Part shown: in pieces, positions 48,031-62,133 of the stretch
Numbering within the stretch: the stretch's first letter is position 1
Layout: the number at the start of each line of letters is the position of its first letter
Source of the DNA: Malacoraja senta
Lineage: Eukaryota
Direction: 5' to 3'
DNA length: 64,000 nt
Assembly (NCBI GenBank): GCA_038087875.1
Contig: CM075977.1
Span: 153,822,001-153,886,000, forward strand
Position numbers and translations under genes: made by a program
Notes under the pieces: generated by a model
Told to the model about the DNA's origin: nothing
Database searches by the model: none
Seen by the model: the letters and a program-made list of their open reading frames with translations, nothing else

Positions 48031-50591
48031 GTAAACTTGTATGATATGTTTTTCTGTATAACTTTGCCAGAAAGTCTACATTCAACATTATGCAGAATGA
48101 ACTGTTCATTTAATATGTGCAAGCAAGGGGCGTATTATTTTCATGAAAATTACTTAATTGATTACTCTTCAATTTGAAATGTTTCACTGTCGATGACAGC
48201 CAAATATCCAGTCTAACTTGGACCTTTTTCATCTGATGGTCTTTTCTCATTCAAATATAGCACACTCCACTTGAGTAACAATCAGAGCTACCAAAGGCCA
48301 GCTTAATCATGTCTTGGTGAAATGGTGGGGGGAACATTCCATTCAGCTATATATCAATCATCTGCAATTAACACAAACTGTTGTCTGAACATACCTTTAA
48401 TGTTGCTGGAATTTAAACAAAATCTTTTCAATAAGATCACCTGGCTCAAAAAGAAGAGGTTAAATTGAACCATAATACAGATTTGTTTTTACTCCCTTTT
48501 TGGTTATGTTAAAGATAATATTGCAAATGGTCACCATGATTCTGCCAACTGGAATACTGAGCATGAAACTACTTCAAGTAATGGAGAATAATCTTTAAAT
48601 GATTCACAGCTGCTGGGCGCAGCAGTCAGAATGCAGTGCATGAAGTATGCTTTGCTTCTTCAATCTACTTGTGACAATGAACCAGATGGGAAAAATTATT
48701 CCTGCCGGCTGTTTAACGCAGAGCTCTGTAATCTTGTGCTTAATGTGATCACCAGGCTTCCATTTTGACATTTGGTCTTCACTTGAGGTTTAAATGTGCT
48801 GTCTTATAAAGAGTAGACATAAATTTCAAATATGACTCAATAAATTAATTGAAATTATCTCGTTGTAGGGTCATACATAACAATAAGAAAGGTGTGGTTT
48901 TGATCATGCTTCCTAAAATGTTAATTATATTATCATTCAAAAGCATTTTTTGGAGGTCACTATATTACAGGAATTTCCCATGGAAAATTTTAAAGGGGAA
49001 TTATTTATATTTCCTGTCAATCTTCTAAACGAAAATAAGTGTGTCCGTTTTATATTTCATGATGCAAATGGCTTTTACCTTATAATAGTGCTTTAAAACT
49101 GCCATTTCAATCTGGAGATTTGTACTCTGTGCACAGATACATTAACAACAGAACTGGGAACTGATTTCAAAGGCTGGCTTTGACATGCTTAAGAAGAAAA
49201 ATACTATTAAGGAGGACTGAGAGCAATTGACTATAAAGGAATATTTTATTAAATATTAGCAACGATTATATGGAAATTTACACAAATCCTCTTTCCTTTT
49301 AATATCACCTGTTGAGTGCATTGATGCAGGAAACCCTCTGCTTAAAACTACAATCATCACATCAATTGTTGATCCTACCAAGTATTTAATTTCACTTCCA
49401 CAGACTCAAATTGTTATTTACGATTAAAACTGTGTGAATACATGTATCAAATGGTTTTACCTTTTTAAATTTCCTTGTGGATCTAAATTGCCCTAGATTT
49501 CAGGCTTGTGTTTCCTTCTCTTTGCGTCTGTGAGGTTCTCAGCTGCATAGGCTTTTGAATGGGTTCACTGCAGGTCCAATGAAAGCATTGCTGGAAGCAT
49601 TCCTCATGAGAATGCCCTACATCTAACCATTTTCTAGACCTTCCCTCCATCTTAAGCTCAGAATTATAAGGGTGTCAGTGGTTATGGGGTGAAGGCAGAA
49701 GAATGGGGTTGAGAGACAAAGATAGATCGGCCATGATTGAATGGCAGAGTAAATGATGGGCTGATTGGCCTAATTCTGCTCCTAGAACATATGAACTGAT
49801 GAAATGGGGATGCTCACTGCTGATCGGTACGGTACATGTACGGTTCCATTCAGGCAATGAAATAGTCCAGGTTTGCATGATCAAGACCTAGACAACATTC
49901 ATTATTGGCCTCATGAATGGCAAGTGCAAGGCAGTAACAATCTCTGTCAACTTATAAAATCATACAGCATGGAGAGGCCATTTGGCTCAATATCCCCATG
50001 GCAAGCAGAGTGTGCCCTTCCATTTTATTCCCATTGGTTCACACCCCTCCAAGCACCCTAAACATATTTCTTCATAACATTTTTTTGCCTCTGATTTGGG
50101 GGAATTTAATTCCACCCAATTGGAACAGCATTTCCATTGCTGAATTTCTGCCATTGACATCCTGATTCACCATTAATCAGAAATTTAACTGGAGTGGCAG
50201 CATAAATAGTGGGGCTACATCAACAGATCAGGGACTGGGCTTTCTGTGGTGAATGACATACCTCTTAACATCTAAATATTTCCAGTCACCTTCATGAAAA
50301 GGTGAAGTGTATGGTGGATTACTCTCTACTTGCGGGATATGTACAGCCCTAGCAATACCCAGGTAGCTCAGCGCCATTCTGGACAACTCAGCATCTTTAG
50401 TTGGCCTCCTCGTCACCACCTAAAGTATTCTCCATTACTGGTGCAATGAATTCTTGATGTTCATCTTGTAGAAGTGAATTACAAAATGAACATCAGGAAT
50501 TCACTAAGATTTGTTTGACCTCAGAAACTCATGCCTTCTGCCATTCAGGCTGACAGCAGCAGAAAACAAGTGAGAACAACACCACCTCTAA

Positions 50592-50921
50592 AGGCCCTGT
50601 CCCACTTTCCTGAGTTACTCACGAACTCTCCCGTGTTTTCCCCTTGATTCGAACTCGGGGAATGTCAGGGAATGTCGGTAGCGAGCTCGTAGGAGGTCGT
50701 AGGAGTCCGTAGATGTTTCGTAGCGGCTCGTAATGCCAGCTGTAGGAACTCGGGGCATCAGGTAAGTCGGGACGTTTTTTCAACATGTTGAAAAATGTCC
50801 ATGAGTTTTTAAAAATAGCCCCGTGTACATACGAACGGCTATTACCGTAATTCTCCGAGTTCGAATCAAGGGGATAACTCGGGAGAGTTCGTGAGTAACT
50901 CGGGAAAGTGGGACAGGGCCT
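50592..50921. mobile_element. Harbinger-like MITE with ~65-bp TIRs
   Basis: AGGCCCTGTCCCACTTTCC...TTCGAACTCGG and its inverse at the right end. Shares terminal similarity and the central TTTTTCAACATGTTGAAAAA palindrome with the MITE at 5397-6358. Confidence 0.8.
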
Positions 50922-51470
50922 TAGCTTGCCATCCCAGTCATAAACGACCCTCGATGTGAAAGCATTTCTCAGTGCAATTAGGAGTGTGCAATTAGTGCTG
51001 GCTATTGCAATAATGTCCACATTCAGTGAATGAATAAAAATAACTAGATTGCTGCTTCCTTCATTGTCACTAGGCCAAAGTTATCCGATGGTACCATGGC
51101 AGCATGTTCACCTCATAAATAACAAAGGTTCAGAAAGCTGATTGCTGCCGTCTTCTTGAGGTTAATTAGGAATGAGCATTATTTTCTGGCCCTTTTACCT
51201 ATTCCCACATCACACGTACGAATAGCAAAATATATACATTTTAGTCCTTCAGTTAGTTTTTAAACCAGCAAATTTAAAGGCTGCTTAAAGTTTTTGCACA
51301 CCTCTTCAACCAAATTTTCATGACAGGAAAAACAGCAAAATTATGTCTACTGGAACGACATTCAACATATCCAAACATGAGCAGACACCACACAAATACC
51401 AATGCATCATACTGGCGTTTAACAGGCACAACGTTTGTAAGGATCCATTATTTTTATTTTTTAAATGATG

Positions 51471-51784
51471 GGCGGCGCGGTGGCATAGCGGTAAAGTTGC
51501 TGCCTTACAAGGCCAGAGACCCAGGTTCAATCCTAACTACTGGTGCAGTCTGTATGGAGTTTGTACGTTCTCCCCATAACCGCGTGGGTTTACTCCGGGT
51601 GCTCCGGTTTCCTCCCACGTTCCAAAGACATGCACGTTAGTAGGTTCATTGGCTTCGGTAAAATTGTAAAATTGTCCCTCGTGTATGTAGGATAGTGCTA
51701 GTGTGAGGGGATCACTGGACTGCGCAGATTCGGTGGGCCGAAGGGCCTATTTCCATGCTGTATCTCTAAACTAAACTAAACTAA
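51471..51784 (+). mobile_element. HE1-like V-SINE
   Basis: GGCGGCGCGGTGGCATAGCGG head, V-domain and (CTAAA)n tail. Confidence 0.85.
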
Positions 51785-52286
51785 TATTATTGAATGGTCT
51801 TCTGCATATTACTGTAGATGGCGGTATCAAAAATTAAATGACTTATTAAGTGTACACACTTTCCAAGTGTGACAAACAAGTGAAAGAAAGAGACAACAAT
51901 GCTGTGAAAGCAATAGTATAGATGTAAGGGTGGGCTCTACTGGCATGTTAATCATCGCCACTCAACAGGAATTATTCCCCCTCCTCGGAATGAATGCTTT
52001 ATCTATTAACAAATTATCTGGTGGGTTCCACGTGCATTATGTTCAATCCAGTTCAGGTGTCAGATGGTTGCCTCTCATGTCAGATGCAGTATAAGGGAAA
52101 GAAGCTTCTAGTTCCAGCACATAAGCATCTGTTTGAACTGATTACTGTGATGTAAAATGTCTTAGCTCGACTTAATAACACTTCAACAGGCAACAATGGT
52201 TCTGCTGAGGCTGGTGTGATATAATCAGTGGTGTGTAGGACAATTTGATTTTTCATTGCCTTCTCTTACAAATGCAGGATCGTCTA

Positions 52287-52484
52287 TGTTGTGTATTTGG
52301 GTGACTTAAAATAACACTCAGATACGGGAGTAAACTAACAAGCTTCTTTATTCCAGGATGCCACCTTGAGTCTCTCCCAACACATGCGTCCCCTCGCACA
52401 AGACATAACATATGCTAATTATGTCACATACATCACACTGCTCCCCCTTTAACAGATAACACCATTTATATAATATACACCACA
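52287..52484 (-). mobile_element. LTR-retrotransposon remnant: polypurine tract plus a 151-bp LTR
   Basis: TG...CA LTR at 52287-52437 with a minus-strand AATAAA; PPT TTAAAGGGGGAGCAG at 52438-52452; 5-bp TSD GTCTA (52282-52286 and 52485-52489). Confidence 0.7.
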
Positions 52485-53269
52485 GTCTACTTGAAAATGG
52501 GGGTCACATTGTGCTCCTTCAGTGTTATATATATGTACAGTAACTCTGAGCATTTACTTCGCCGAAACCAAGTGTATTCCGACATAAAAGGACACAGATT
52601 GCAGGAGTAACTCAGCGGGTCAAACAGCATCTCTGAAGATCATGGATGGGGGACATTTCGGGTCAGGGCCCTTCTTCCGACCCAAAATGTCACCCATCCA
52701 TGTTCTCCAGAGGTGCTACGCCCTTAACAACAACTGGGACTTAAAACTGGTGCTAAATTTGGCGACTGTATACTGTCTCAGTGTCCTACTGCTCTACACT
52801 TGTTCTGTATCTGAGATGCTCATCTAAGACATATCTAAATGCTTATGTATAGTAATACTGAACTATAAGCAAAATTTAATTTCACTGTACCTCAGTGTGT
52901 GTGACAATTAAAGTGCCATTGAACCATTGTGTTACTCCAGGACCTTGTGTCCTTTGGTGAACACTAGTATCTGCAGTTCCTTTGTACATTCCGTGTTCTG
53001 TCATATCTATCCATCTGTAACAGTCTAGGTGTTTGGTCATTGAACAAAACATTCTGGATGTGAAATATTTTGTGTTTTTCTTTTGTTCCAATTTGTCCTC
53101 CATTCATTTTTGAGTTCACTTTTTATACTTTGAACTACCCTTTAGGTTAGGTCAATGCAGTTGAAACTGGGTGGAGTTGTGTGCATACTTTTGATCCAAT
53201 CTTTGCTGAGGAATTTACAAAATTCAGCACCAGTGAGGTTATTAAATTGTCCGTCATATGCAACTCAGG

Positions 53270-55040
53270 ATCATCCTGTAACAAAGGTAATGCCACTGTG
53301 GTCATGGGAGATTTCAATAGGCAGGTAGACTGGGAAAATCAGGTTGGTTCTGGACCTCAAGAAAGGGAGTTAGTAGAGTGCCTCTGAGATGGATTCTTAG
53401 AGCACCTTGTATTGGAGCCGACCATAGAGAAGGCATTTCCAGATTTAGTGTTGTCTAATGAAACAGAATTAATAAGGGAACTCACGGTAAAGGAACTGCT
53501 AGGAGGTAGTGACCATAATATAATGAGTTTTAATCTGCAATTTGAGAGGGAGAAGGTTAAATCAGAAGTGTCAGTGTTACAGTTGAACAAAGGGGACTAT
53601 GAAGGCATGAAAGAGGAACTGGCCAAGGCCGACTGGAAAAGGATCCTAGCTGGAATGACGGAAGTACAGCAATGGCAGGAATTTCTGAGCATAATCCAGA
53701 AGATGCAGGATCATTTCATTCCAAAGAGGAATAAAGATTCTAAGGGGAGTAAGAGGTAACCATGGCTGACAAGGGAAGTTAGGGACAGTATAAAACTAAA
53801 AGAAAAGGTGTAAAACATAGCAGGACGGGACGCCAGAGGATTGGGAAACTTTCAAAGGACATCAGAAGGTAACAAAAAGGGCAACACGGGGTGAAAAGAT
53901 GAAGTACGAAGGTAAGCTCGCCAAGAATATAAAGAAGGATAGTAAAAGCTTCTTTATGTTAAGAGAAAAAGATTAGTAAAGACAAATGTGGGTCCCTTGA
54001 AGGCAGAGACAGGTGAAATTATTATGGGGAACAAGGAAGTGGCAGAAGAGTTGAACAGGTACTTTGCTGGGGCCGCAACTATTTACAATATATATTAATG
54101 ATTTAGATGATGGAATTAAAAGTAACATTAGCAAATTTGCAGATGACACAAAGCTGGGTGGCAGTGTGAACTGTGAAGAGGATGCGAGGAGGTTGCAGGG
54201 TGACTTGGACAGGTTGAGTGAGTGGGCAGATGCGTGGCAGATGCAGTATAATGTAGATAAATGTGAGGTTATCCACTTTGGCAGTAAGAACAATGAGGCC
54301 GATTATTATCTCCATCGTGTCAGATTAGGAAAAAGGGAAGTGCAACGAGACCTGGGTGTCCTTGTACACCAGTCAGTGAGAGTAAACATGCACGTACAGC
54401 AGGCAGTGAAGAAAGCTAATGGCATGGTGGCCTTCATAACAAGAGGATTTGAGGATAAGAGTAAAGAGGTCCTTCGGCAGTTGTACAGGGCCCCGGTGAG
54501 ACCACATCTGAAATATTGTGTGCAGTTTTAGTCTCCTAATTTGAGAAGGACATCCTTGCTGTGGAGGGAGTGCAGGGTAGGTTCATGAGGTTAATGCCTG
54601 GCATGGCAGGACTGTCATATGAGGAAAGATTGGAAAGTCTGGACTTGTATTCACTGGAATTTGGAAGGATGAGAGGGGATCTTATAGAAACTTATACCAT
54701 TATAAAAGGACTGGACAAGCTAGATGCAGGAAAAATGTTCCCAATGTCGGAGGGAGTCCAGAGTCCATTTAAAACTGCGATGAGAAAAAACATTTTCACC
54801 CAGAGAGTTGTGAATTTGTAGAATTCTCTGCCACAGAAGACAGTGGAGGCCAATTCACTGGATGAATTTAAAAGAGAGTTACAGTAGAGAGAGCTCTTGG
54901 GGCTATCGGAATCAAGGGGTATGGGGAGAAGGCAGGCACGGGTTACTGTTGTTGATGATCAGCCACGATCACAGTGAATGGCAGTGCTGGCTCGAAGGGC
55001 CGAATGACCTCCTCCTGCACCTATTTTCTATGTTTCTATG
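53270..55040 (+). mobile_element. CR1 ORF2 with a large internal deletion at about 54066
   Basis: APE C-terminus (GDFN, GSDHN) and linker ending ELNRYF, fused directly to LGPQLFTIYINDLD..KFADDTKLG; complete 3' UTR and tail. Confidence 0.9.
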
Positions 55041-55889
55041 AAATTATCACTGTAGCTACAGGAATGGCTTCTATCTACGAATGACTGTATTCATAGTTAT
55101 TATTATCCATACATGGACATGTGAAATTCATAGCTGGGGCCATGAGATGAGAGGTGCTACTGGTGAGTTTTTGTAATACTCTTGACATTGCTCACAATGC
55201 CTCACAGTATTGTCTCATTACTTATTTATTCCCAGCTACTTGTTAAAACCTCTGCTAACTAAATAAATTTGGATACACCAGTGTACACTTCAAGCAAATT
55301 CTTCACACAGTATTGAAGTTGGGATGTTATGTTACAGTTGTACAAGATGTTGATGAGGCCACATTTGGTGTATAGGCACTCCCCGACTTACATAAGGATT
55401 ACGTTTCATGAACCCTTACGTAATCAGGTTCCACATAAGTTGGACTCACCAACTCTGTGCCTGTTTCCATTCCCTGCACAAAATAACTCACTGAGTATTG
55501 ACTCAAACCAGGAGTCAATGCCGCTGAGCTAAAGCTTGCTGTCTCAGCAGCATCTGGCTGCAACACAGCAGCAGCTAATTTACTCCAAACTATGCCACAG
55601 CATCTGTAGAGGAAATGTACATCCATGGCATCCAGAGATTCTGAGTTACTCCAGCACTTTGTGTTTTGCGCAAGTTACTTGTACACTTGAGTTCTGTCTT
55701 GACATTGGGGCACTTTCTGTGGCCTCTGGGTAACACTGCAGGCTTCTTTCCGATATAAACTTTAGTGATCGTATAGTGTTGTGGAAATTACAAACTGCCT
55801 TGATTGCACTAGGGACTAAGTACAGGATTGTTTATGTATGTTTGAGTTAACGTACTGTGTCACCTATTGCATTAGAGGGGAAGAATCTG

Positions 55890-56432
55890 TATTGTGTTCG
55901 ATGTTGGTCACCCTGCTATAGAAAGGATGTTGTTAAGCTGGAAAGACTACAAAGAAGATGTACAAGGATGTTGCCAGGACTTGAGTGCCTGAGGTATAGG
56001 GAGATGTTGGACAGGCTATAACATTATTCCTTGGAGTGCTGGAGGCTAAGTGGGGTGATCTTATTAAGATCTTATAAGATCATGAGGGGAATAGATAGGG
56101 TAAATGTGCAATGGCTTTTACCCAGAGTAGGGGAATCAAGAACCAGAAGACATAGGTTTGAGGTGAGAGGGGAAAGATTTAATAGGAACTTGAGGGGCAA
56201 TTTTTAAAAACAGTGGGTGATGGGTATAAGGAATGAGCTGCCCAAGGATGTAGTTGAGGCAGGTATGATAACAACATTTAAAAGACAGTTAGATAGGTAC
56301 ATAGATAGGAATGATTTAGAAGGATATGGGCCAAATGCAGGCAGGTGGGTCTAGCATAGATGGGGGATCTTGGTCGACATGGACAAGTGGGGCTGTTTCC
56401 ATGCTGCAAGACTGTATGACTCTAAGACTCTT
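55890..56432 (+). mobile_element. CR1 3' fragment
   Basis: Same subfamily as 13657-14000 and 41961-42865; (TGACTC)n-like tail. Confidence 0.8.
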
Positions 56433-56849
56433 TGAGGTGTCGACACTGTGTCATCTGTAAAATAATTTGAGTCCAAAGATTGTTGTTTCAGTTTGAAAAG
56501 CAGCAAAGCAGGTTGCTAGAACCAAATCATGATATTGTTTTCACCTGGCATGGGACCTTGAAAATCCTTATGATAAATAATCCAGTTATTGCCTTTCATC
56601 AAAGTAACTGATAACTATTGTGCCTACTAAGGGAAGCATCTATTTATTTGTGGATGAACACAAGGGGAAGAAGCTGCTCATCTTTGATCTGTTTCCACAT
56701 TTATGAAATTAGATATTATTTGAGCATTAATATTATATTACTTTTAATTTTTGTACTAACACTGTGGGACACACGTGATAAATGTGAACGACATGAGAAG
56801 CAGGTTCCGACCACAAGAGATCACATGCTTTTCCTTCATCTGTCATGTT

Positions 56850-57400
56850 GTGTCAAGTCGAGTTTATTGCCATTGCGTGAGAGACGGATACAATGAAAAC
56901 CTTGCTTGCAGTGGCATCACAGGCACATAAAAACTGAAAATGCACATCAACTTTCTAAAAGAAAAAAGGCTGTGGGGAAAAAAAACAAGACATTAATATA
57001 AATACACAATTTAAAAAAAAATCTATCGTAGTGCAAGATGTGGACCTTAGTGTTCCATTGCTGAGATAGAATTAGAGATGTGAACTTGATAGTTCTAGGA
57101 AAGTAGGTGTTCCTGAATTAGGTGGTGTAGGCTTCTGTATCTCCTGCCCTGCGATAGCAATGAGAAGAGGGATTGGGCTAGATGTTGAGTATTTTAGATG
57201 ATAGATGCCATTTTCTTGAGGTAGTGCCTCATGTGGAGGTTTTTGATGGAGGGGAGGGGTGTGCGTCTGAGGGAGTAGGCTGTATCTCCCCATTATCAAG
57301 GTTTCCCCCAACACTCCTCTGCAGCACCATACAAACCATCCTATCAGGGTGCAACATAGCTTGATATGCAACTGCTCTGCCCTAGACTGCAAAAATTGCA
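56850..57400 (-). mobile_element. Old Rex1/Babar 3' fragment
   Basis: Similar to the 47320-48030 copy; CAATAAA tail. Confidence 0.55.
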
Positions 57401-57630
57401 GTCGTGAATGCAGATCACCAATCATGCATCCGACACCCACACCGCTGAATTCTTCTAGCATCTGCAGTCTCTTTTGTGTTCACATCCATTCTAAGTCTAA
57501 GAATATTACTCCCAAAGGCCTTGCTCCAAATTGGTAGAGTACGCAGTGGAACTTGAACATGTGTTTTTACACCAATAATTTTTAGAAGATTATTTTACAC
57601 CAATAATTTTTAGGTTAAATTCCTCAGTGA

Positions 57631-60600
57631 ACTGAAAAATGGGAAGACACCAGGGCCTGATTGTTTTAATAATGAATTCTATAAAAGATTTCAGGAGTTG
57701 AATGAATACGTTTATTGTCATTGCACAATACTGTGCAACAAAATTCCATTGCATCTCCTCCGGTTAAAAAATACAAACACGACAACCATTGACACATATG
57801 TACACTTATTAGTAAAAATAATAAATAAGTATTTAAAAAGAATTTTAAAAGAATGTTGCATTTCTTGGAATTACATTTTGCTTCCCCAGTGTTCTCTGTT
57901 GGATTTAAGTTCTTTTATCGCACATGGGTAGAAACTATTTTTTAGTCTATTGGTGCGAACCTTCAGAGACCCGAATCGCCTCCCAGAGGGTAGCAGAGTG
58001 AAAAGGTGGTTGGCAGGGTGGGATGTGTCCTGCTTGATGTTTATGGCCCAGCGCAAGCATCGGGCCCTATATATATCATCCAAGGAGGGCAGTTGAGCGT
58101 TTGTGATGCTCTGTGCAGTTTTTATTACTCTCTGCAGCGCCCTCCTCTCAGCCACAGTGCAGCTAGCAAACCACACCAGGATGCCATAGGAGAGGATACT
58201 TTCCACGGCGCATTGGTAGAAGGACAGCAGCAGCGGCTGTGAGACGTTTGCTCTCCGCAGAGACCTCAGGAAATACAGCCGCTGCTGTGACTTCTTCACG
58301 AGAGTGATGGTGTTCATTTGCCATTTGAGGTCCTGGGAGATGTTTATTCCCAGGAATTTAAAGCCAGTGACTCTCTCCACTATGTCTCCTTTGATGTATA
58401 GAGGAGCAGGTTCCTCTCTCCTCTTCCTCCTGAAGTCAACGACCAGTTATTTTGTCTTTGATGGGTACCAGGTTGTTTTTGGTACACCAGACAGTCAGTT
58501 TTTGGACCATCTCTGTTGGCAGACTCGTCGTTGTTGTGTATCAGTCCCACTACAGTCGTGTCGTCCGCAAACTTGATGATCCTGTTTGTACTGTGTGTTG
58601 GTGTGCAGTCATAAGTGTATATTGTATACAAGATGGGACTCAGCACACAACCTTGTGGCACTCCTGTGCTGAGCGTCAGGACTGGGGAGTAATTGGACCC
58701 TATCCTGACAGTCTGTGGGCGGTCTGTTAAGAAGCCCTTAATCCATCTGCATGTGTTTGCATTAACACCCAGATCAGACAGTTTGTCCACCATTCTGCTG
58801 GGGATGATTGTATTAAATGCAGAACTAAAGTCTACAAATAACATCCTCACATATGAGCCAGGGCGCTCCAGATGTGTCAGTGTGGAATGTAGAGCTATGT
58901 TGATGGCATCTTCCGTTGACCTATTTGCTCTATATGCAAACTGATGCTGATCCAGGGTGGATGGGAGTGAGGACTTAATGTGGGCCAGGACCAGCCGTTC
59001 AAAACACTTCATCACAGTTGAAGTGAGAGCAACAGGTCTGTAGTCATTCAAACTGGTAATGGAGTTAATGGTCCCACGATTACTTAAATTATATACTTAT
59101 GCTTTTACCGAAAAGAAATTACCAGAAACTTTAGCAGAATCTACAATTACGCATATACCAAAAAAAGATAAAGATCTAGAAGATCCAGGCTCGTATAGAG
59201 CTATATCACTTTTAAACACAGATCAAAAAATTTTAGCAAAGATTTTAGCAAGAAGATTGAGTAAATATATTAATAAATTGATAAACCCGGACCAAACGGG
59301 GTTTATACCTAAAAGACAATCATTTAATACTTTGAGATGACTTTTTAACATAATGTATTCACATAGAGTGGAAAAGGAAGACTTATCAGTTATATCTTTG
59401 GATGCAGAGAAAGCATTTGATCAGGTAGAGTGGCAGTATTTATACATAGTATTCCAAAAATTTAATATGGGAGATAATTTGATTAGATGGGTGAAATTAT
59501 TATATGATAAACCAATGGCAAGAATATTAACTAATAATATGTTGTCTCCAAAATTCCAATTATCACGGGGCAATAGGCAGGGATGTGTTTTATCACCCCT
59601 GCTATTTGCCCTTATGATAGAGCCTTTGGCTGAAAGGATAAGAACACATCCGAATATTCAGGGATATAATACTAAGGACTCTAATAACAAAATTTCATTA
59701 TATGCGGATGATATACTTTTATATATTAGAAATTCAGAAATGAGTATCCCGAATTTACTAAACGTAATAGAGGAATTTGGCTCTTTTTCTGGATATAGAA
59801 TAAATTGGAATAAAAGTGAAATTATGTCATTACAGCCCCAGAAAGCGAAGCATCTATTAAAATTTATATTTAAAATTGCAACGGAAAAATTTAAGTATTT
59901 AGGTATTCAAGTTACTAGAAGATATAAATCATTATTTAATGCTAATTTTAGTCCTTTATTAAATAAATTGAACGCTCTGATTACATTTTGGAAAACGCTC
60001 CCACTATCATTAATCGGCAGAATAAATGCTATAAAAATGATAGTTCTACCACAAATAATATATTTATTTCAATCCATACCAATATATATACCAAAATATA
60101 TATATTTTAAACTAGACTCTAATATTACTAATTTTATTTGGGACTACAAAGCACATAGAATTAAAAGAAATCATTTGTGTAAACCTAAAGATGTAGGGGG
60201 TCTTGCACTGCCTAATTTTTTATATTATTATTGGGCAGTGCATATTAAGAATATCATTTATTGGTTGGACTGCCCTTCTCAACAGATGGAATGGATAAGA
60301 ATGGAGAAAGAGGATTGTTTTCCGTACGATTTAGGAGCGATCCTCTTCTCCCCGATAAAATTGAATAATACATTATATAAGAAGAATCCAATTATACATA
60401 ATATAATTCGAATTTGGAAACAAATAAAATTAACTTTAAAATTAAGGAACTTATCATCATTAACACCAATAGTGAATAATCCGGTATTTAAACCATCTTT
60501 TATGGATAAAACATATAGACAATGGGAAAGATTGGGAATTAAAAAGGTGGGTGACATGTATGAAATGGGAAATTTATTATCATTTCAACAATTAAAATCA

Positions 60601-61721
60601 AAATTGAATCTGAATAATAATCAATACTTTAAATATTTACAGATATGTGACTTTATAAAAAAATATATACCAAGACTACAGAGCATAATGATAGACCCAC
60701 TGGAAGAAGCAATGAATATTAAGGCGGACTCACAAAAGTTAATATCATATTTATATAATAGTATTCTTAATAGAGAATTGCCATCAACAGAGGCAATTAG
60801 AGAAGACTGGGAAAAAGAATTAATGGCAAAAATTTCTAAAGAAACATGGGAGAGGTATTTGATATATATACATAAATGTTTGATTAACGCTAGACATAAT
60901 TTAATTCAATTTAAAATATGACATAGATTATATTATTCAAAAGTTAGTTTGAATAAATTGTATTCAAATATTTCTCCCATCTGTGATAAATGTCTTTCTC
61001 AAAATGCTAATATCACACATTCTTTTGTTTCTTGCACAAAACGTCATGGATTTTGATATATTTGATATATTCACTAGTTTATTTAAGATAAAAATGGAAC
61101 CTAATATGGAAATGATTATCTTCGGAGTAATAGGAGATGGAAACAAATTAAATATATCCCAAATTTCATTTTTTAATTATGGTTTAATAACAGCAAAAAA
61201 ACTCATACTTAAATTTTGGAAATATGCTACTATACCAACACTCAAAATGTGGATTGGTAATATGTTGGAAACTGCCCACTTGGAAGAAATGAGATTCCTC
61301 CTAATAGATAAACAAGACCAATTCTTAACGAGTTGGTCTCCATTTATTGACCTTGTGGATTCATGTGGTGCAATAGTATCGTAAAATTAAAAATTCTGGG
61401 TTTGGGCGAAAAATGATTAAGAATATAAAAAAGCATCGACTTGTGGCGAGGGAGAATCTCCTTTCTGCTTCACTTTCTTACTTATTTCTTTTCTTTACCT
61501 CACACTCACTAGATTTTCCCTTACTCTTCACTACTTCTTTCTTTCTCATTTCTTTCTAAAAAAAAAAAAAAGGAAGTTGTACAAAGAATGTTTTAATAAT
61601 TCTGGGAACCTGTAAAAAGGTACCATCAAAATGTAATGTACTTACTTCTAATAAATAAAATATTTAAAAAAAAAAAAAAAAAACCTCAATAAAAACACGA
61701 ATGTTACAAAAAACAAAACAA
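57631..61721 (+). mobile_element. 5'-truncated L1-clade LINE (ORF2 RT and C-terminal CCHC) with poly(A)
   Basis: LKNGKTPGPD..EFYKRF, YRAISLLNTD, DQTGFI, SLDAEKAFD, GNRQGCVLSP, LYADD, KYLGI. 14-bp TSD AAATTCCTC(A/G)GTGA (57617-57630 and 61722-61735) at a TT/AAA site. Confidence 0.92.
57700..59060 (-). mobile_element. Rex1/Babar RT-to-3' fragment nested in the L1
   Basis: [52 protein letters not shown] is duplicated at 57694-57699 and 59061-59066, and the L1 frame reads through (KRFQELMVPR) when the insert is removed. Confidence 0.92.
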
Positions 61722-62133
61722 AAATTCCTCGGTGACCTTGCTTGCTCTAAATACTTCATTTTATATGTGAATGATGTTCCTTGATGTTACTGAAAATTAC
61801 ATTGAAGTAAATGAAATATGTAGAAAACAGGATGAAAAATCATTGAATTATCATTATGTTTCCGTGACAATCATGAGATGGTATAAAATTGTTTTGATGT
61901 AAAAAATTTAAAATTATATACTATTTTTTGATGACATTGCAGACGTAATGTCTATAAAGCGTGCCAATGTAGTTTGAAACTTAACCTTGTCATTGTGGGC
62001 AAATATGAAGAATCATTTGGAGTTTTGCTTCCTCAGTAAGTATATGCTGGAAATGGAATGTGTGGACTCTGTTGGCATGTTGTGAGACTTATGGGTCTAA
62101 ATTTTCATTCTTACTGAAATTGGTGAATCAAAT

